Source: a virus
Lineage: Duplodnaviria; Caudoviricetes
Reading direction: 5' to 3' (one strand)
Length of the DNA stretch: 64,000 bases
IMG/VR virus record: IMGVR_UViG_3300037067_005321
Location: 71,716-135,715 of that record
The notes under the pieces are model-generated. The model made no database searches. It had not been told where the DNA came from and worked only from the letters and a program-made list of their open reading frames with translations. The translations under genes and the position numbers were made by a program. Numbering within the stretch: the first letter of the stretch is position 1; every line of letters begins with the position of its first letter. Shown one piece after another: positions 42,392 through 52,171 of this stretch.

Positions 42392-43081
42392 ATGAACAGT
42401 AGAAGACAGTTTTTATTAGGAAGTTTAGGAATAGCATTATCTCTTTTTCTGTTTAAGAAAGAGGCATATGCTTCTATTTTAAATAATGAGAATATAAATA
42501 ATGAGAATATAAATAATGAATATGATAATTTTATTACTGAATTTTATTCTAATACAGTAGATGAAGAAATAGATAGATGGTTCTCCCTCTATAATATAGA
42601 GGAAGGTGATTACAGAGGAAATATAAAATTAATATATAATTGTAATGATTGTTGGGCTTGTGATTTACCATGCTGTTCCATAAAAGATGTGAATCTAGGC
42701 GTGAAAGATAAATTATGTCCATTAAAGATATATGATGAAGATAAAGATAAAGAATTAATATCACAATATATTGAATATTCCCCAAATTTAAAATCAACAA
42801 TTGAATATATATCTAATTCTAAAAAAGAAGGTGTGGATATAGTATCTAGGATACTTATACTTAATCCTGTAAGTTGTTATGGATGTAGTGTTAAATGCAA
42901 TCAAAGAAAAAATAATGCAGATATTGGCATACCAAAATCTTGCTCTTTGAAAATAATGAATAGAGAAGATATAGAAATGGTTAGACCATATTTAAGATAT
43001 CAATGGAATAGAGAAAAAAGAATTAAAATTTATAATATTGTAATAAACTATTCAGATAAAATGAATAATTTACTTAAATAA
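42392..43081 (+). CDS. twin-arginine signal protein with duplicated Cys-cluster domain
   Basis: MNSRRQFL + hydrophobic h-region + AYA cleavage site; two CxxCxxxC...C[PS]LKI repeats. Confidence 0.75.
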   Translation: MNSRRQFLLGSLGIALSLFLFKKEAYASILNNENINNENINNEYDNFITEFYSNTVDEEIDRWFSLYNIEEGDYRGNIKLIYNCNDCWACDLPCCSIKDVNLGVKDKLCPLKIYDEDKDKELISQYIEYSPNLKSTIEYISNSKKEGVDIVSRILILNPVSCYGCSVKCNQRKNNADIGIPKSCSLKIMNREDIEMVRPYLRYQWNREKRIKIYNIVINYSDKMNNLLK

Positions 43082-43101
43082 TAATAAAATAGGAGTAAAA
43101 T

Positions 43102-43506
43102 ATGAACAGTAGAAGACAGTTTTTATTAGGAAGTTTGATAGCAGGAGTATCTACCCTCTTTTTTAAGAAAAAAGCCTTATCAAAAGAGAAAGATATGCTT
43201 TCTAAATTAATAGAAATTTCTGATAAAGAAAGAAGTTGGTGTAATGAGTTTGAAGAAGATGAATCTAAATCTATAAAATGGGTTTTAAATAATTTAACTA
43301 ATAAAGAATTAATATTGTTAAGACGATATTTAAGTGATAGTTATCATTATGTAAAAGAATATGATGTTTGTATTAACAAAGCTGGTATGAGAGAAAAATA
43401 TCTTAATGAAAATTTAGGAGATACATGGAAAGTAAGAGAATATATTATAACAGGATATATGCCTAAAGAAAGAATAGATAATAATATATTAAATAAAACA
43501 GAATAA
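43102..43506 (+). CDS. twin-arginine signal protein
   Basis: MNSRRQFLLGSL, identical to the previous gene at DNA level. Confidence 0.7.
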   Translation: MNSRRQFLLGSLIAGVSTLFFKKKALSKEKDMLSKLIEISDKERSWCNEFEEDESKSIKWVLNNLTNKELILLRRYLSDSYHYVKEYDVCINKAGMREKYLNENLGDTWKVREYIITGYMPKERIDNNILNKTE

Positions 43507-43574
43507 CATGGAAAAAGAAATAATAAAAGAGTATGAGGAGCTAATAGAAATTTATAATAAAATAGGAGGATAAA

Positions 43575-43619
43575 AAAGAGGCAAGACCCGTTAGAAACCC
43601 AATAATCCCAAACGAAATA
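43575..43619 (+). ncRNA. solo TIGR-like unit
   Basis: AAAGAGGCA-[AGACCCGTT]-AGAAACCCA-[ATAATCCCA]-AACGAAATA, same 9/9/9/9 spacing. Confidence 0.5.
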
Positions 43620-43681
43620 TTATAATAATATAAAAACTTGAATAACAATTTAAAAACAAAATAAAATAGGAGAAAAATAAT

Positions 43682-44614
43682 ATGGTAAAAAAAGAAAATG
43701 AACGTGATCCGTGGGACTTTGAATTTGATTCAAATAAAGTAGGTAAGTATGAAGATTCTTATAAGATGTCTGGCTCTGGACTTCTGTGTCCTAAGAGAAA
43801 TAGGAGCATAGGAAAACCTTGCCATGTATGTGATGCAGTACAAGAATTGTATAAATATCCAGAAGGTAGTCAAGAAAGAAAGGTAGCTCAACAAAAAGGA
43901 GCTAAGTGGGAATATTACATCTGTGCAGTATTTCCTCATAATAAGGAAAAGGCTGTTATAGTAAAGCTTGGTAAAAAGGTAGGGCAAGCTCTTGTTGAAG
44001 GTATAAAGTTGAAGGGATGGAATGATATTGCCAATCCCAAAGCTGGAAAAGGTAGAGAAATTAGATTCACAAAGACAAAGGGGGATGGGGGTAATCCCTC
44101 TTATTCAGTAGACCCGGTTCTTGATAAGGCTACCTGGGATGTTCCTAAAAAAGTGTTAGACAATATACCTAATATAGTTGATGATCCTGTTAAAACTGTT
44201 ACTAGTGCTGCTGCTGAAGATATATTTGACGTTAAAACAATGAAGTTTGGAGAGACTATTGTAGTGAGGATGTTGCCTCCTGCTGCTGACTCAATTATAA
44301 AGGATGCAGCACATGGAGTAATATTTAAACATTATGGTGTTACCCAGGACGAAATTGATGGTAAGATTCCTATGAGCAGAACGCTTACTACTTTTGAAAA
44401 AGGTGACAACAAAGAACCTACTGCTCAGAAAGAGGAAGTTCCTTGGAAGGAAGAACCCACTAAACAGGAGGAATCTGCAAAACAAGATGCTCCTCCGTCT
44501 AAGAAAAGACCAGCTTGTTTTGGGAGGACTAATTTCTTTGATGAAAGTTCTTCATCTTGTACAGAATGTCCTGAGTTTAAGGATTGTGGTAAAGAAGTAA
44601 TGAAAAATAATTAA
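43682..44614 (+). CDS. T4 gp32-like single-stranded DNA-binding protein
   Basis: CP...CHVC, YYIC, KLGKKV, G.EIRFTK...Y, VRMLP...H; C-terminal CFG...CTEC...C. Confidence 0.7.
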   Translation: MVKKENERDPWDFEFDSNKVGKYEDSYKMSGSGLLCPKRNRSIGKPCHVCDAVQELYKYPEGSQERKVAQQKGAKWEYYICAVFPHNKEKAVIVKLGKKVGQALVEGIKLKGWNDIANPKAGKGREIRFTKTKGDGGNPSYSVDPVLDKATWDVPKKVLDNIPNIVDDPVKTVTSAAAEDIFDVKTMKFGETIVVRMLPPAADSIIKDAAHGVIFKHYGVTQDEIDGKIPMSRTLTTFEKGDNKEPTAQKEEVPWKEEPTKQEESAKQDAPPSKKRPACFGRTNFFDESSSSCTECPEFKDCGKEVMKNN

Positions 44615-44625
44615 TTAATATTAGA

Positions 44626-44652
44626 AAGGTGGTTACAAAATGTAACCACCTT
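44626..44652 (+). other. perfect stem-loop between SSB and the next gene
   Basis: AAGGTGGTTACA-AAA-TGTAACCACCTT, directly followed by the RBS. Confidence 0.6.
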
Positions 44653-44662
44653 AAGGAGTTAT

Positions 44663-45010
44663 ATGTCAAAATTTTGTCCATTAATTAAAGTAGCATGTAA
44701 GAAAAATGAGTGTGAATTCTGGAATGTATTAAAGTTTGATGATGAGCAAAGTCAAGAGTGTGCAATTAGTGCTATAGCTAATGTTGCTATGATGATAAAT
44801 TGTGAAGTTTCTGATTTTATAGAAGAAAATGAATACATGGATGAGTTTACATATTTAGAACATAAGGAAGAAATGAATGAAGCTCCTGTAAAACAAATTA
44901 AAAATAAACCATATTGCTTTGAAAATATGGTTCTCTTTAATAAGAATTCAACATTATGTCAATGCTGTGAAGTATTTTTACAGTGTGGGAAAATAGATGA
45001 TAAAATATAA
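44663..45010 (+). CDS. Cys-rich hypothetical protein
   Basis: CPL...C...C..W...CAI; C-terminal KPYCF...CQCC...C resembles the SSB tail. Confidence 0.65.
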   Translation: MSKFCPLIKVACKKNECEFWNVLKFDDEQSQECAISAIANVAMMINCEVSDFIEENEYMDEFTYLEHKEEMNEAPVKQIKNKPYCFENMVLFNKNSTLCQCCEVFLQCGKIDDKI

Positions 45011-45476
45011 TGATAGACTAGGATTTTTACCTTTCTCTAATTTTATAGATTGGTCTAAGACCAAAAAAGAACTTTTTGCAGAGATAGATATACTATATAG
45101 AGATATAAGATTATCATCTTGTAATGATATTATATTTACAAATGTAATGGAGTGCTTTTCCATGATAGAATGGTTAATCCCAAGACTAATATCAGAACAA
45201 TATTTTGTATCTATAATTACTAATTTATATGATTTTGAAAAGTTTGTAGCATCCAGAGTAATAGTAGAAACTAACATAAGTGAACGTAATTATTTTAGTA
45301 AATTAAACAGTCTTAATCCACAAGATATAATATTATTAACAGATGGGGGAATAAAGGAGATAAAAAGATCATTATCACTTTTACAAGAAACTAAGGCAAA
45401 GATTTATTATCATGAAAATGTTGCATTAACCAAAGAACTTATAGAAAATAAAATATTTAACTTAACACCATGTTAG
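44997..45476 (+). CDS. hypothetical protein
   Basis: 159-aa ORF. Confidence 0.6.
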   Translation: MIKYNDRLGFLPFSNFIDWSKTKKELFAEIDILYRDIRLSSCNDIIFTNVMECFSMIEWLIPRLISEQYFVSIITNLYDFEKFVASRVIVETNISERNYFSKLNSLNPQDIILLTDGGIKEIKRSLSLLQETKAKIYYHENVALTKELIENKIFNLTPC

Positions 45477-45885
45477 AGAAAGTATTAATAAACTTACTAC
45501 CTTATATCATTTTAGTCGAATCATTTTTGGCTGGAATGATTCTATTATATTATCAAAGATATGGTAGCGCAATGTATTGGTTATCAGCAGGATTTTTAAA
45601 CTTGGCAGTAATAGTATTTATAAAGAAATTTGGATAAGTATGGAATCTTTAAAAGATAGACAAGAGAAGATTAATGAGAAATTAAAAATAAGAGAAGATA
45701 ATCTTAGAAATGATATAAAAATAATGTTAACTGACTTTTATAATGAAACTGGTGTGATTATTAAAAGAATTAATTTAGATGTAGTTACATATGAGATTAT
45801 TTTTAAATATAAAGGTGTATCAGATCTTAGTAATTATATAAATATATCATTTGATAAATTAATAAAATAGAAAGGAGAGAATATA

Positions 45886-46320
45886 ATGTTGGAATCATTA
45901 AGTAATAAAGAGTTAGAAGAAAGACGTAGGCAGAAAAGAGAAAATAGAAAGAAATTTAAGTGGGCAAGACATATGCCTCATAAACTTGTTCAGGAAGTAA
46001 TGAGTTTAAATCCAGATAGAGTAACTTTTTATAAGGAATATCCTAAATATATCCAATGTGAAATCCGAAAAGGAACAGAACTTGGATCTGGGGTAGCAAT
46101 ATGCTCACCAACTGAAGAATACTTTATAGAAAATAAAGCTAAAGAGATGGCACTTGGTCTAGCTCTTGGTGCTCTTAAAAGGAAGGACAACAAGTTCAGA
46201 ATTCGTGATAATTTTACTGAATTTCCTAAGAATTGGACAATAGGACAAGCAGAAAGAATAATGGAAGTAGCAGATATATTTGGGTATAGAAGTATATATG
46301 AGGATACTAGAACTTGGTAA
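45886..46320 (+). CDS. conserved phage hypothetical protein
   Basis: G.AICSP.E.F...A...AL..A motif. Confidence 0.65.
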   Translation: MLESLSNKELEERRRQKRENRKKFKWARHMPHKLVQEVMSLNPDRVTFYKEYPKYIQCEIRKGTELGSGVAICSPTEEYFIENKAKEMALGLALGALKRKDNKFRIRDNFTEFPKNWTIGQAERIMEVADIFGYRSIYEDTRTW

Positions 46321-47318
46321 TAGATAACTTTATAATATTCTCAGATCCACATTATCAGAAGAATATAGCTAAATCTAAGCTCACAAATAGTGGACTTACT
46401 TCTTGGTTGAGCACTCAACTTCAAATTACGGAAGAGATCTTTAATTATGCTAGAGAAAATAAAGTTAAGACTATAATAGTAAATGGTGATATATTTCATG
46501 ATAAGACAAGAATTTCTGTAGATGTGTATAATTTAGTATGGGATCTATATAAAAAATTATCTACTGAATTTGATATTATTTTTAATACAGGAAATCATGA
46601 TATTTATACACTCAATAAAGAATCAGCACTTAAACCATTTTCAGATATAGTTACAGTTATTACAGAACCTACTAATTTTAAAAGTGAAAAAGTATATCTT
46701 AGAATTATTCCTTTTGGGCAGGTAGAGAATAATTTAGGATTAGAAGAATCTTCTGATAAATATACAAATATATTACTTACACATGAAGATATATCCGGTT
46801 TGATATATGGTGATGATCAATTTGAATCTTCTACTCCTTTAAAATACCAGATATTTGGTGATTGGGATATAGTTTTTAATGGCCATATACATGATCCGCA
46901 AGTATTGAATAATATTCATAATATTGGTGCTCCTATGTATCATAATTGGGGGGAGTCTAAGAGAAAGAAAGGATTTTATCATTACAATAATAATGATTTA
47001 AGATTCATATATACAAATTGTCCTCAATTTATAGAGTATGATTCAATAGAAGAATTCAGAAATAATATAACAGATGATAGTTTAAACGATAATTTCCATA
47101 GGATAAAAGTATTTCCAAGTGAAGCAGGAAATGAGATATTTAAAGATTATAATATAGTTCCTCAGATTTGTAAGAGTGAGAAAAGAGAGATAAAATTAAA
47201 AGATAATATGTCTAATGAAGATGAATTAAAGGAATATATTAATATAGTTGACGATAAAGGACTTGACAAAAATAAACTTCTAGAAACAGGAATGAAATTA
47301 ATGGAGGATAAACTATAG
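46314..47318 (+). CDS. sbcD: SbcD/Mre11-like metallophosphoesterase nuclease
   Basis: SDPH, GDIFH, GNHD, LLTH, GHIH. Confidence 0.9.
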   Translation: MVIDNFIIFSDPHYQKNIAKSKLTNSGLTSWLSTQLQITEEIFNYARENKVKTIIVNGDIFHDKTRISVDVYNLVWDLYKKLSTEFDIIFNTGNHDIYTLNKESALKPFSDIVTVITEPTNFKSEKVYLRIIPFGQVENNLGLEESSDKYTNILLTHEDISGLIYGDDQFESSTPLKYQIFGDWDIVFNGHIHDPQVLNNIHNIGAPMYHNWGESKRKKGFYHYNNNDLRFIYTNCPQFIEYDSIEEFRNNITDDSLNDNFHRIKVFPSEAGNEIFKDYNIVPQICKSEKREIKLKDNMSNEDELKEYINIVDDKGLDKNKLLETGMKLMEDKL

Positions 47319-47718
47319 AACCTAAAATACCTGCTGTTAAACTATATCAATTGGATCGAATGGAAAAAATAATTATGGAAAATAGATTATTATTTTGGAA
47401 TAAAATAAAGTGGAATCATGCTTGGTTAAATAATTATATTTATAAACCTAAAATTCAAGGAGTACAAAATGAAATATAGTTCAGAAAATACAATCTATTT
47501 TGAAGTAATAGATAGTGATACTAAAATACCAGAAATAATAAATCCATCTCATATTTATAAGGTAGGTGATATAATTACCTATTATAAATTACTTGATGAA
47601 CAAGAAACTGTGGTTAAGAAATTTGAAGTTACTGATGTTAAAAATGAGCTTAATTTTTGGGGTTTAGTAACTGACCAAAGATTTATTATATATTTAAAGG
47701 AGATAGTATAATCTATAA

Positions 47719-48090
47719 ATGAGTAAAAAATTACTTTTTAGTGTAACTAAGAAGGATTTAGTTATAAATTATTTCTCTGGTACTGGAAATGGTGGCTCAA
47801 ACAGAAATAAAACTCAGGTGTGCGTGAGGCTTTCCCATCCAGAATCTGGAGCTTCTGTAACTGGTCAATCTTATAGAGAAAGACCAGCTAATATTAGAGA
47901 GGCACTAAATAATTTAGTTAAACATCCCAAATTTAAATTATGGCAAGCTAAGAAAGTATATGAAATTCAGCAGGGTAAAACAATAGAACAAGTTGTAGAT
48001 GATTTATTAAAGCCTAATAATTTAAAGATAGAATGTAAAGATGAAGATAATAAATGGATAGAGTGTAAGGAGATAAAGGATGAAAATTAG
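47719..48090 (+). CDS. peptide chain release factor (RF-1 domain)-like protein with GGS instead of GGQ
   Basis: DL.I.YFSGTGNGGSNRNKT..CVRLSHPESG...N...AL. Confidence 0.8.
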   Translation: MSKKLLFSVTKKDLVINYFSGTGNGGSNRNKTQVCVRLSHPESGASVTGQSYRERPANIREALNNLVKHPKFKLWQAKKVYEIQQGKTIEQVVDDLLKPNNLKIECKDEDNKWIECKEIKDEN

Positions 48091-48448
48091 GACAGGATTT
48101 GTATCAAATAGTAGTTCTTCAAGTTTTGTTATTTCAGTTCCTAAGAACAAGAAACTGGATAAGATAAAACTAGAACTTGAAGTTAATTTGGAAAATTATA
48201 TAGAAGAAAGAATAGATTGTGAGTCTGAATTAAAGAAATATCTGGAAGGTTATTATAGTCCCTCTTATAAAGAAGATTACCCGGAAATATACCAAGAGTA
48301 TTTAGCAGAAATTAATAAAGGTAATACTATTCTAGTAGGATCTTTTTCATCAGATGGTGATCCTATAGAAATGTTTTTGTGTGAAAGAGGTATAAATGGA
48401 TTATCACCAGAAGATATTAATGTTATGGAAGGAGATGGAGGATATTAA
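48080..48448 (+). CDS. MKIR-SNSS family protein 5
   Basis: N-terminus MKIRTGFVSNSSSSSF. Confidence 0.85.
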   Translation: MKIRTGFVSNSSSSSFVISVPKNKKLDKIKLELEVNLENYIEERIDCESELKKYLEGYYSPSYKEDYPEIYQEYLAEINKGNTILVGSFSSDGDPIEMFLCERGINGLSPEDINVMEGDGGY

Positions 48449-48449
48449 T

Positions 48450-48794
48450 ATGAAGATTAGAACAAGTTTTGTTAGTAATTCAAGTAGCACAAGTTTTTGT
48501 ATTTTTGGTAGAGATTTTGATTTAGATATTATAAGAGAAAAGTTTATGAATGAAGAAGAATATGAAGATGATATATCTGAAATTTTAGAGGATAAGTTAG
48601 AAGGATCTGGAATATCTTTTGATTCTATAGATTATGAGTATAATGTAACTATGGGATATAGTGTATCTCAGCTAGATAAAACTAAAAAATTAGAAGATAT
48701 TGCTATAGAAGTAGCAGATAAATTAACTAAAATAGGATTGGATACTAAACCAGAAGAAGTTAATTTTATTCATGATGGTGGATATAACGGATGA
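48450..48794 (+). CDS. MKIR-SNSS family protein 6 (start corrected from 48396)
   Basis: GGAGGA RBS then MKIRTSFVSNSSSTSF. Confidence 0.85.
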   Translation: MKIRTSFVSNSSSTSFCIFGRDFDLDIIREKFMNEEEYEDDISEILEDKLEGSGISFDSIDYEYNVTMGYSVSQLDKTKKLEDIAIEVADKLTKIGLDTKPEEVNFIHDGGYNG

Positions 48795-51700
48795 TTAATC
48801 TCTTAGAAATAAAAGCCAAGAACTTTAAATCTTGGAAAGAACTTGAACTTACTGATTTAAATACTAAAGGATTGTGTCTTATATCAGCAGAAAATGGGGC
48901 AGGAAAGTGTATAGAAAAAGATAGTTATCTTTATCATAACTCATCTTTATGTGCAATAACCTCTCTATCTGATTCTTGGAATTTTGATGGATTTAAGCCA
49001 TCAAACTTAAATATTTCTACATCTAATGGTATAAATGTAGAAACCTCAGATGTGTATACTACTACTGTTGATTCTATAAGTAGAATAAAAACTGATAGTG
49101 GATATAGTCTAGGGGCATCGTCTACACATAAAATTCTTTGTATAGATAAAGATGGTAACTTCTCTTTTAAAAAAATGGAAGAGCTAAATATAGGAGATTA
49201 TGTATGTATTGATAGGAAGCAAAATCTATTTCCTATAGATTATCCTAATATTAATTTTACTTATTTTTATGAAAAAAAGCTTCATAAACAACTATATTTT
49301 GAGATACCAAAATATCTAAATGAGGATTTATCTAGATTGTTAGGATATTATATAGCTAATGGATCTTATGATAAACAACATGATAGAGTCACTATATGTA
49401 CTAATAATAAAGTATTAGTTAATGATATAGAGTGTATAGCTAATAAACTTAATATTTCTTTTAGAATATATGCTAAAGATAATATAAGTTTGGGTGGAAC
49501 TGCTTTTGCAAGATTTTTTAAATATTTACTAGATGATAATTGTTCTACAGCTAGAACTAAAACTATTCCATCCATAATTCTAAAAGCTCCTAAAACCTGC
49601 CAGATAGAATTTTTGAAAGCGTTGATTGATAGTGATGGTTACTATTCTAAAAATGGGGCAACATTAGAATATTATTCAGCAAGCTATGAATTAATAAAAA
49701 TAGTACATTTAATGTTATTAAACTTTGGAATAATATCGAGATTACATTTTAAGGATCATGCCAAAGTTGGGGATAAAGTTTATATTCATAATTATAATAT
49801 AATATCAATACATGGCAAAAATATAGATTTATATTTTGATAAGATAGGTTCATTATATTATATAAAAATAGATAAAAATAGAAATCCTAACAAAGATATT
49901 ATTCCCTATATTAAAAATATAATAGATAACGAAATATTTAATATTAAAAAGAAACTGGGAGTTGATAAATGCGGAAGATATATTAAAGATAATAAAAGAT
50001 TTGTATTTTTTAATACTTCGATAATAAAATCTGTTGCTATAGATATAACCTATGAAAAATTATTATCTTTCTACAATTTTATTATAGAAAATAATAATAT
50101 TAAAGTGTTATTTAGTGATGAATTTTTAATATTAGTTAATAATATATTAACTTCTAGTTTTTATTTTGATAAAATAATTGAGAAAAATACTATTAATGAG
50201 ACAATACAAGTATATGATGTATCTATTCCAGAATATCATACATTTTATGCTAATGGTTTTATTAATCATAATTCTTCAGTTAGAAATATTATAGAATATC
50301 TTCTTCTTGATGATACCGCTGAAGGAATAGATGTAAAAGACTTGATATTTAATTCAGATTCTGAATGTGAAATCTATGGTAAGTTTGACAAAGATGGTGA
50401 TTTAGTAGAGATAACTAAGTATAGAAATCATAAGAAATATGGAAATTCTACTATACTTTCAATTAATGGAGATACATCTAAAACAAAAACTGATAGAAGA
50501 GAAACACAAAAAGCAATAGAAGAAGTATTAGGAATAACTAAAGATTCAGTATATGTTTCTACAATATTCTCTACTAATTCACCTTCTTTTGTAGAGGCAA
50601 AAGAGGGTGATAGAAAGAAGATAGTATATGATGCTCAGGATTTAGGTAGATATAATACTTATCTAGATAAAGTTAAAACTAAGATATCCAATATAGAATC
50701 AGAAATTAGTTCTATAGATAATAAATTATCTAATAAAAGAGAAAATATTGGTAATATAGAACATAAATTACTTGATATAGACATAAATCTTATATCATAT
50801 AAAGATATTCAGAAGAATAAGATTAAGAAGTTAGAAGATGAGAGAGATAATCTTTCAAAAGAAGAATATATTTCTTTTATAAATAAAATAAAAATCCTTA
50901 ATGAATATAAGGACTTTGCTGAATTCAAGATTTTTTCAGAATCTTTATATGAAAATATAAATAAATTATTATCAGAAAGAAATATTCTAAAAGAGGTGAA
51001 TTTTGAGGATATAAAATATGAATTAGATCTACTTAATAATATGACTTTTGGTGAAGTAGAAGATTTAACAGAAAAATACAATTATATTAATGAGTTACAA
51101 AAGAATATAAATAATATTGATTATGAAATAAAAGATTTAAATAAGAAATTAAAAGAATCTGATTTAGGAATATGTCCAATATTAAAAAGTGAATGTCAGA
51201 CATTATTAGATAAAAAGAACAAAGCAATAGAATTATATCAACCACAAATAGATGCTGCTGTAAAAGAAAAAGAAATAAAAATAGAATCTCTGAAAGAAAA
51301 AGAGGAAACATATAGTATATTAAGCAAAAAGAATAAAGAAATAGAAAATAGTAAAATAGATAAAGATAAGAAGATAGTAGAATTAACTAATAAAATCAAT
51401 ATTATAAAGAATAATAATTCAACCCTGGATCAGAGAAAAAAGTTAATAGATGATAAAATTCAATTACTTATAAACAATGAGATAGATAAATTAAAGAATG
51501 AAATAAAGATAATAGAAAATAATAATAAGAATATAGAGATAAGAAAAGTACAGATAGAAGAAGAAATAGAAAAGATATTGAATGAGAAAAATCCATATAT
51601 AAATATTAAAAAAGATCTTGACAAAGAATATAAAGAGATTAAATTAGATATAGAAAATAAAGAAAAAGAACTTGATAAACTAAAAGATGAATTAAGATAT

Positions 51701-52171
51701 TATGAATTTTGGAAAGTAGGATTTAGTAAAAAAGGCATACCTAATTTAAAAATAGAAGGATTCCTTGAAGCATTAGAAATAGAAACTAATAAGATATTAT
51801 CAGAAGTGGAAAGTAATACTTATGTTACTATAGAATCTGGAGAGGATAAGATACTATACAAAGTTCATTCTAATAATGGTAGTATGGTAACTAACTTTAA
51901 ATCCTTTTCAGGCGGCGAAAAACAGAGGATAAAGATAGCAGATATGTTTGCTTTTAATACCCTACTTGGTAAGTTTAATTTTATCATAGCAGACGAAGCA
52001 TTAGAAGGATCACTTGACAGCACTGGTAAAAGTAATGTTCTCAATTTACTAAGAAATAAGTTAAAAGAAATAAGTAATATATTTGTTATTTCTCACAGTG
52101 AACAAATTAAAGATTCATTTAATAATGTGATTAATATAGAAAAAGAGAATGGAGTAAGTAGGATATGCTAG
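48791..52171 (+). CDS. sbcC: SbcC/Rad50-like ATPase containing an intein
   Basis: KNFKS, NGAGK|SS, coiled coil, CPILKSEC hook-like segment, SFSGGEKQR, IADE, ISH. Confidence 0.92.
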   Translation: MINLLEIKAKNFKSWKELELTDLNTKGLCLISAENGAGKCIEKDSYLYHNSSLCAITSLSDSWNFDGFKPSNLNISTSNGINVETSDVYTTTVDSISRIKTDSGYSLGASSTHKILCIDKDGNFSFKKMEELNIGDYVCIDRKQNLFPIDYPNINFTYFYEKKLHKQLYFEIPKYLNEDLSRLLGYYIANGSYDKQHDRVTICTNNKVLVNDIECIANKLNISFRIYAKDNISLGGTAFARFFKYLLDDNCSTARTKTIPSIILKAPKTCQIEFLKALIDSDGYYSKNGATLEYYSASYELIKIVHLMLLNFGIISRLHFKDHAKVGDKVYIHNYNIISIHGKNIDLYFDKIGSLYYIKIDKNRNPNKDIIPYIKNIIDNEIFNIKKKLGVDKCGRYIKDNKRFVFFNTSIIKSVAIDITYEKLLSFYNFIIENNNIKVLFSDEFLILVNNILTSSFYFDKIIEKNTINETIQVYDVSIPEYHTFYANGFINHNSSVRNIIEYLLLDDTAEGIDVKDLIFNSDSECEIYGKFDKDGDLVEITKYRNHKKYGNSTILSINGDTSKTKTDRRETQKAIEEVLGITKDSVYVSTIFSTNSPSFVEAKEGDRKKIVYDAQDLGRYNTYLDKVKTKISNIESEISSIDNKLSNKRENIGNIEHKLLDIDINLISYKDIQKNKIKKLEDERDNLSKEEYISFINKIKILNEYKDFAEFKIFSESLYENINKLLSERNILKEVNFEDIKYELDLLNNMTFGEVEDLTEKYNYINELQKNINNIDYEIKDLNKKLKESDLGICPILKSECQTLLDKKNKAIELYQPQIDAAVKEKEIKIESLKEKEETYSILSKKNKEIENSKIDKDKKIVELTNKINIIKNNNSTLDQRKKLIDDKIQLLINNEIDKLKNEIKIIENNNKNIEIRKVQIEEEIEKILNEKNPYINIKKDLDKEYKEIKLDIENKEKELDKLKDELRYYEFWKVGFSKKGIPNLKIEGFLEALEIETNKILSEVESNTYVTIESGEDKILYKVHSNNGSMVTNFKSFSGGEKQRIKIADMFAFNTLLGKFNFIIADEALEGSLDSTGKSNVLNLLRNKLKEISNIFVISHSEQIKDSFNNVINIEKENGVSRIC
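48908..50272 (+). mobile_element. LAGLIDADG intein (455 aa) in the SbcC Walker A motif
   Basis: starts CIEKDS, LLGYYIANG, FLKALIDSDG, ends VYDVSI...FINHN, followed by Ser. Confidence 0.93.

Noticed and set aside
42482-42520. 15-bp tandem repeat (NNENI x ~3)
   Set aside because: Simple in-frame slippage in a linker after the signal peptide
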